Shown here: piece after piece, positions 57,070 through 64,000 of the stretch | How positions within the stretch are numbered: position 1 is the first letter of the stretch | How the letters are laid out: each line of letters starts with the position of its first letter | Source: the human T2T-CHM13v2.0 reference genome, Homo sapiens | Direction: 5' to 3' (one strand) | Assembly: GCF_009914755.1 (NCBI RefSeq) | Contig: NC_060939.1 | Length of the DNA stretch: 64,000 nucleotides | Program-made: the position numbers and the translations under genes | The notes under the pieces: generated by a model | Databases searched by the model: none | Told to the model about the DNA's origin: nothing | The model's input: only the letters and a program-made list of their open reading frames with translations

Positions 57070-57960
57070 TTTTTGATCCTAAATGTGGAAAGTTCCCTGA
57101 AAACCCACTGATTCTCCAACACCCATTTGTTGCCCCAAAATTTAATTCTGACACAACTTAGAGTTCGCACAGACCCCACAAATTCAGGGCTCAGTCCCAC
57201 ATCACCTCTCTCACTGTAGAGGAGAGTTACACATCCCTGAAGCCCATCTACACTTCTGAGCTACCTCCTATAAATCTGAGACTAGCATAAACCCCTTTTC
57301 AAGTTAAATAATTTGATAGAATTACTAAAAAGAAAACCTCAACAAATAACTGTAATTATATTTACTACTTTATTATAAAAATATAACTCAGAAACAGCCA
57401 AATGGAAGAGATGTCTAGGGCAAGGAACAGTTGTGGGTGAAGGTAATCCTGGAAATAGCTATATTTAAAGAAATTCCCCCATTCTTTGCATTCTCAAAGA
57501 ACAGCTTAGTGAAGAGAAACGTGTTTCCCGTGATGACTTTGAGGATGCTCCCTGCTGTTTTTTTAACCTATCACAAAAATGGACACAGATTGCAAATTCC
57601 CATTTTTAAAAATGAACAACCATTCAGTAATTTAGTCTTCAGTGGTCAAAATAACATACTCTTTACAGAAACTTTGCTTGTTTCTCTTCTTCCAAACAGC
57701 CCCTGAACTTTGACTCACCCACAGCTTCAGCAAACCTACAACCCTTATTTATACATAACCCTCCTAAGAACAGGCTGAGTTCAAGGTGAAACATTATCTT
57801 ATCTGGGATCTCATTTTGCTACCCTCCATCCTGTGCTTCCTTTCCAACCTTCTTTGTAAACTTGTTTTCTCCTCCCTATGAAATAAGGCCCTTTTCCACC
57901 TAACCTTAGAGATACTCAAAGATCTAATCATTTGTACTTTTTCTTTGTTGCAATACTTCT
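57070..57960. mobile_element. Old LTR remnants (MER21-like, then MER34/39-like)
   Basis: cacagaccccacaaattcagggctcagtcccaca ... aatttgatagaattact ... cagccaaatggaagagatg, followed by a second LTR-like block. Confidence 0.55.
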
Positions 57961-58327
57961 TAGGTAACTTCTTAGACCAAGTCTAGAAACAGTCTGAGGA
58001 CAATAACAATTCCATTCTAAAAAGAATCTCCCAACATTTCTTCTATCTCTACCTCAACTGCATCTGCCTGTGAACTTCCAGCTTACCAAGGTTCTATATC
58101 TTCTGGCAGTGACAAAGGCTCCTTCCATGATTGGTGTGAGTAGGCTTGGACACCTGCAGGGCAGACACCCAGGAATAATCAACTGGGCCTTCAGTGGTCC
58201 TCTTTTGCTGGGTCAAGGTGGGCCTTAGCTTTTAGTCGATGGTCTAAGACTTCTACTTGCCAGTTAGTCATTCAGTTAGTTTTCAATTCAAAAAATACTT
58301 CATGTTTGAAGAATCCAGCAAAAATTA

Positions 58328-58673
<346 letters not shown>

Positions 58674-60006
58674 TTATAAGGGGCTTATATCTTATAATTC
58701 ATCAAGAAAAGCCAAAGTATCTATCCCTTTCAGAAAATAAACATGTAATTTAATTATGTTCATAACAAATCATTTAGTAAACAATTAATCATATGTGAAC
58801 ACTTCCAGGAGGCGCAAAGTCCCAGCTCCTAAAACTTAACATTACCCTCAAACACCCAGATGGCAGCATATGGAATAGAGTTATTCACTTTCACAAGTTC
58901 TCTCTTTTGAAAAAAAGAATAACTTATGTGATAAATTCATGTAATTTGACAATTAATCTACCTCATGTGCTTGCAGATATGTATTCATTTCCTACCACCG
59001 TAGTGGAAGAGATACTATCCCTATCTTTACAACTGATAGCATTTCCAACAGTAAGCTGTGAGATTCTGCTTGAAATCACCTCTCAAACAAATAAAAAACA
59101 GACCCGGGAGACATGCTACGCTCATTCTGCTGAAGAAATAGGTAAGTAACAATTTTTAACAAATGAAATATATTACTACTTAATTTTATTCAAAATTCAC
59201 CAACTTAATGTGCTTTATAAATATTCTCATACCTTTGAAGCTCTACTGATAAAACATAATTTACAGTTAATGAAAAAGTGAAGTTAAAATAAATACAATC
59301 ATATTTTCAAGGTGACAAAATTAGAAGGTGACAATGCTGATTGAAACACAGACATATCTGACCCAAGGGTCAAGTCAAGCCGTTCTATTACTTGGGATAT
59401 TTTCCCTGCTCCTATCTGGTTCAGTGATGTGGGTCATGAGCGTCCTACCAGGAGCTGCTACGCTCTGCTCCACTGTGTCTGTAAGGTGCATTTTACTTTG
59501 CAGGTTTTTGCACTGCCTCACTAGGTTGGGTTTCTTTATCCTTTGAAATATTTTCTCTCCCTTCACCAATCTGAGGACATTTTTTCCTCAATATCAGCAT
59601 CCAGTTGCCTGGCCTGCAATGTGTCTCTAAGGAATGGAAACTAAGCATTGGGGTAAGAAATTCTTAATGTCCTAAGGGGTTTGCTTTTAACGCAAAGGTA
59701 TACGTGGAGATTCCTTCCAGGTATAGTGCATCCAACCACTCCAAAAAGAGGCTGCATTCCCATACCTTGGGCTGTTCCCTGAGAGGAGATGACACAAGGG
59801 ATGCTATTTACTAGACACTTCAAGAGTCATGGCCAGTGTTGGTATCTTGGGGATTCTCAAGCAGTTTTGAAACCCAAAACCAAGAAAATAACACAGGATG
59901 GCTGAGGATGTATTGCCCTGTGAGGTTTCTGAAATGAAACCTCAACCCAAAGACATTCTGATGGGGTGTCTGTGCCAAGGCAAGATTAAAGAAAGGGGCA
60001 CAAATA

Positions 60007-60037
<31 letters not shown>

Positions 60038-60914
60038 ACTGTGGATTGTCAGGGGATTATTATCTGCTTTCATGTCCTGTAAAATGTTTACAAATGAAAA
60101 ATATTTTTTTAAGTGCCATCCACTGCTTTTTGAAAAAATGCAGAATTAAAATACTGTGTCTAAAATGTACAATAAAGAACAGTTGATAATGTTGTGAGTT
60201 ACACAAGGTTAGTTAGTGTTGGTAAGTGTCAGGAAAGAACTGGAAATTTAAACTCTGACTGCAAGCAAGAGTTAGGCTGGGGTAACAGGGTGGTAGATTT
60301 GAGGCTCTTCTTGCCACACATTTGGAAAATGCATGAGAAAACGAATTCTTTTTTGGAGCATTAAAACAACTAAAAAACAGGCGATTGCATTGAGGTGGCT
60401 CTAGTGTACTGACCTCTGAGTGGAGAGACAGGCAAAGGCATCCCTAGATCCAAAAAGCTGTCCATTCTTCTCCAGCTGTGCACCTGATTAGATAATTTCC
60501 ACTCCAGCACCCGTGACTGGATATAGTTCAATTCCCCACCAAGCCCCCTCAGGCCATGAGTGACATATGTGATTTGACACTGGATTGAATAAAGCAAGAA
60601 TTATAGGTTTTTCCTGGATCCTTTTCTGGCAGGGCTTCCTTCATGCACTGGACACTGGCCCTGCCTGTAAAATACTTGCATTTTCATTTGTGTGTAAGAT
60701 TATTTGTATTTATGAAAAATATATATGTGTTATTCATACATGGAAGCAATATAATGACAATTATTTTAAAATTTCAGATTTTTTACTTTCCTGGCACATC
60801 CAGGTTTTAGAGCAGGCAGCCTGAGATTTCAAAAATGAGGCAATTCTCTAAGAAATAATATGTGAGGCACATGTGAATTTTAAATATTCTAGTAGCTACA
60901 TTTTAATAAATACA

Positions 60915-61210
60915 CCAGGCATGGTTGCCTGTGCCTGTAGGTTGAAATGTTTGGGAGACTGATGTGGGAGGATCATTTGAGGCAAGGAGTTTGAGACTAG
61001 CCCATGCAGCATAGAGAAAGCCATCTCAACAACAACAACAAAAAAAAAAATTGAAAAATTAGCCACGCCTGGTGTATGCCTTCAGTCCCAGCTACTCAGA
61101 AGGCTGGAGCTGGAGGATCACCTGAGCCTGGGAGGTCAAGGCTGCAGTGAGCCATGATCACACCACTGCACTCCAGCCTCACTGACAGAACAAAACTCTG
61201 ACTCAAAAAA
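60915..61210 (+). mobile_element. AluJ
   Basis: Diverged Alu: ggaggatcacctgagcctgggaggtcaaggctgcagtgagccatgatc. Confidence 0.9.
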
Positions 61211-61419
61211 CTGATCTCTGGAAAGGCATTTTCTTTTTCTGCAACGTAGCCAAATAGCTAAATTTGTATTGAAGCCATCCTTTAATTTTTAACAGGGCAA
61301 GAATATTTTCTAAGACCCTGAACTCCAGATATGTGATGGGGCAAATCCTGAAGCGTACATGGCTATCTCTCACAGCTAAAGCACCCCTCACCCCTATCCA
61401 GCGCTTCTTACCCCTGGCG

Positions 61420-61565
61420 CAAGAGAATCACCTGCGGGGAGGAAAACTTTCAAAATCCCTTAAACCCAAGTTGTAACCGCTCAACTAAATCAGAATCCTT
61501 GGAGCTGGATCTGAAAAAAATACGGTTGAAAGTCGTGCAGGTGATTACAATGTGTAGGCAAGCCA
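61420..61565. mobile_element. MER5A-like DNA transposon remnant
   Basis: agaatcacctg ... aaatcagaatc ... caggtgatt, a partly palindromic arrangement typical of MER5A. Confidence 0.5.
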
Positions 61566-62449
61566 GAAAACCATGGCTTTAACGAGCAGCTTTTGTTAGA
61601 AATGATTTCTCAAATGAATGTAAAAACGTTTGCTGCTGAATTGTGACCTTTCAATTTTACCTGCTTTTCCTGCAAAGTATATTTTGCAGACCCAGGCTGG
61701 CTTCTCCTTCTGTTCATGGTTCACCCAGTGCCGTGTGTGCTCAGTGCATCCTGTGCACGGGTCACTGTGCTGTGTGCGCTGGCCTGGGTGAGCATCATTC
61801 TTCGGGGAGAACCTTTCTGAAAACAAAGCTGCAATCCAAAAAGTTAAAACCATGCTACTTACTGTACTGAGGTAAAAATTAAAAGACCTAGGGGACTCTT
61901 CCAAAAGTTAAAACGTAAATAAATATCTTGGAACATTAATATACACCTGACGATGTCCTGAGTGAACACGCCCCACTTTAAAACAAAACAAAACATTACT
62001 ATTATTCTAAAATATTAATTTAGGATTGTTATGCAAATATGTACTATTTAAATATTTATTGATGAATAACTTGCATACGGCAATATAGGAACAAAATATT
62101 TATGGAATGCTTGATGAATTATTACTAAATAAATACACTTGTGTATGTAAGAATCAGATTTGCTCATGCCCTTGACACTTTCTCCTTCCCAAAGGTAACC
62201 AAGACCTTAAGAGCTAAGTGTAGATAAACTTTGTCATTTTCTACACGTGTTTTATTACAGAACATTAAAAACGTATACATAATACAAAAAAAGGATAACA
62301 GACCAGTCACCCAGATTTAACAGCTACTAGTCATGTGTCATTTTTGTTTCACCTATACTTCCAGCCATTCCCACCCCAATTTCATTATTTTTTAGCCTTT
62401 TTGGATAAAATGTATATTCATTGCAAGGTACAATGTGAACTGTGAATAG

Positions 62450-62570
62450 TAGAGAGATGGGGTTTCACAATGTTGACCATGCTAGTCTTGAACTCCTGTC
62501 CTCAGGTGATCCACCTGCTTCGGCTTCCCAAATTGCTGGGATTACAGGCATAAGCCAATATACTCAGCCT
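62450..62570 (-). mobile_element. Alu left-arm fragment
   Basis: agagatggggtttcacaatgttg ... ctcaggtgatccacctgcttcggcttcccaaa. Confidence 0.88.
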
Positions 62571-64000
62571 GAGAATTCATACTTCTAAGAAAGTACAAAT
62601 CCATAGGGCACATGAGAACTGCAATGTCTATCTACAGTAAATACAGTTTGATAAATAAAATGAAAGGCAATTGACCTAAGGTGAAAAAAAAAACAAAAAA
62701 CAATCAAAGCATGGGTACTATGTGTCATCTGTAAGAGCATTTGGTTAAGAATAACAAACAAACCAGTTTTATCGTTTTAATAGCCGAAATTGGCAAAATT
62801 TCAAGTTTTTCTTTCATAGGAATGCTCTTTGCAAGAAAAAATTTTCATATAGTGAGAGCAAAAATGGCAACCATTTGCAAGTAAATGTCTTATGAAATTA
62901 AGTAGCAGATATCAAGCTCATGACCTTCAGATAGTTACCCCTAACTCAATCACTTACATAGCAAGTGCAGATAATTTTCATAGCTCCCTATTAAAATTAT
63001 ATTTGAATGCCCTTACAAATTGTGACGGTTTTTAAATAAAGTTGACCAACTAAAATTTTGTATATGACATATGATAAATTCCCCTTCAAGTCACCTTACA
63101 TTTACTTAATTTTATTAGGCAGTGTCTGTCTACCACCCAATAATACTTGACGTTTCTCCCTCCATTTGCACAGGCATCATAGCTGGGAAACGGATTCACA
63201 AGACCCAGGCTGTTCCCTACATATGTTTCCTCCTCCGACATCAGTTCATCAGTCAATCAAGCCATGTGAGAGTGGAGGCCTTGTATTCCCTATTATTCTT
63301 GGGCACTCTACTCCAAGTAGGAAAAGGCCAGGAGGTCCTGTTAAAGGATGCACTCAGAGCCCGGGCTCCCTAACATATGAGAGTGCTAACCAGCAGGTGT
63401 AGACTTTTCAGGAGTGAAGAATGAGGCAGGCATTCCAAACCTGGACCTTCATCACCTTTTGTTTCATCTCAAGACAATTCTGAGGGACTGTTTTGGAGCG
63501 TGTCTGGAAGGTGAACCTTGAAGAAGAGTGTGGGCTTTGATGTGACTCAGTTGAGATCTTTCATGGGGAGGCAGGAATTCAATGCCCAGAATCTGGGCTG
63601 GTGTCTTTGAGGTCAGTAGGTTGCGTCTTTGTATCCAAGTCCATTGTTACTAGGTTGGAGGCTGGAGATTCTAAATGGCTTCCAGACCATCTCTCTGATT
63701 CTCTTTGGGAGATGGGGTCTGAAAGACAATATCAGTAGTTTTGGGAAATTCTAGAAAGTGTGCTTGGAAACGTGGGAAGAGCTCTTGCCTAGTGCCTAAA
63801 TGCTCCATTTGCAGCTCTAGCCAAGTAGATACTTGGTAGGTATAGAGCCGGGTTTGCGTTTATATCAGCAAAACCTATATCAGAGTTGAAGAAGTAGTCA
63901 GGAAAAAGCGTCTTGGTCGCAGGCCGGGGAACATCTTAAAAGCAAACTTCTAGCCTGCTGACTCTTGGCAATGAGTGTTGGATCCTGGCTAAAGTGCCTT

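Larger units (their letters stand above)
58977..63373 (+). other. Two candidate exons (58977-59141 and 63174 onward) giving a spliced 120-codon ORF; probably lncRNA exons
   Basis: Acceptor tgcttgcag, ATG at 58979, consensus donor TAG|GTAAGT at 59142, acceptor tttctccctccatttgcacag at 63173. The join is in phase and the stop ends at 63373. Confidence 0.5.

Overview
This is primate, almost certainly human, genomic DNA: Alu, L1PA, THE1/MST and LTR12 elements are present. It has no intact protein-coding gene, rRNA, tRNA or CRISPR array. It looks like a segmental-duplication mosaic of the pericentromeric, subtelomeric or acrocentric kind. From left to right it contains: (1) copy A of an ancient ~6.5-kb unit (5.3-11.9 kb); (2) an intron-containing, internally deleted CLUH pseudogene (15.1-19.7 kb, +); (3) a CpG-rich KRAB-ZNF-type promoter and first exon (24.1-24.5 kb); (4) a processed CTDSP2 pseudogene (28.3-31.5 kb, -) split by an LTR12C with a 4-bp target-site duplication (TSD); (5) the start of a KRAB-ZNF spacer exon cut off by an L1 (45.0-45.35 kb); (6) copy B of the ancient unit (48.4-54.9 kb); (7) plus-strand candidate exons that splice into a 120-codon ORF (59.0-63.4 kb). 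I see no clearly novel system. The best leads are the unassigned duplicated unit with conserved splice signals, a hollowed-out ZNF gene whose promoter may drive a chimeric transcript, the spliced 120-aa ORF, and the LTR12C promoter pointing into the CTDSP2 retrocopy. Gene identities come from remembered protein sequences rather than a search. Repeat boundaries and subfamilies are read by eye and are approximate.
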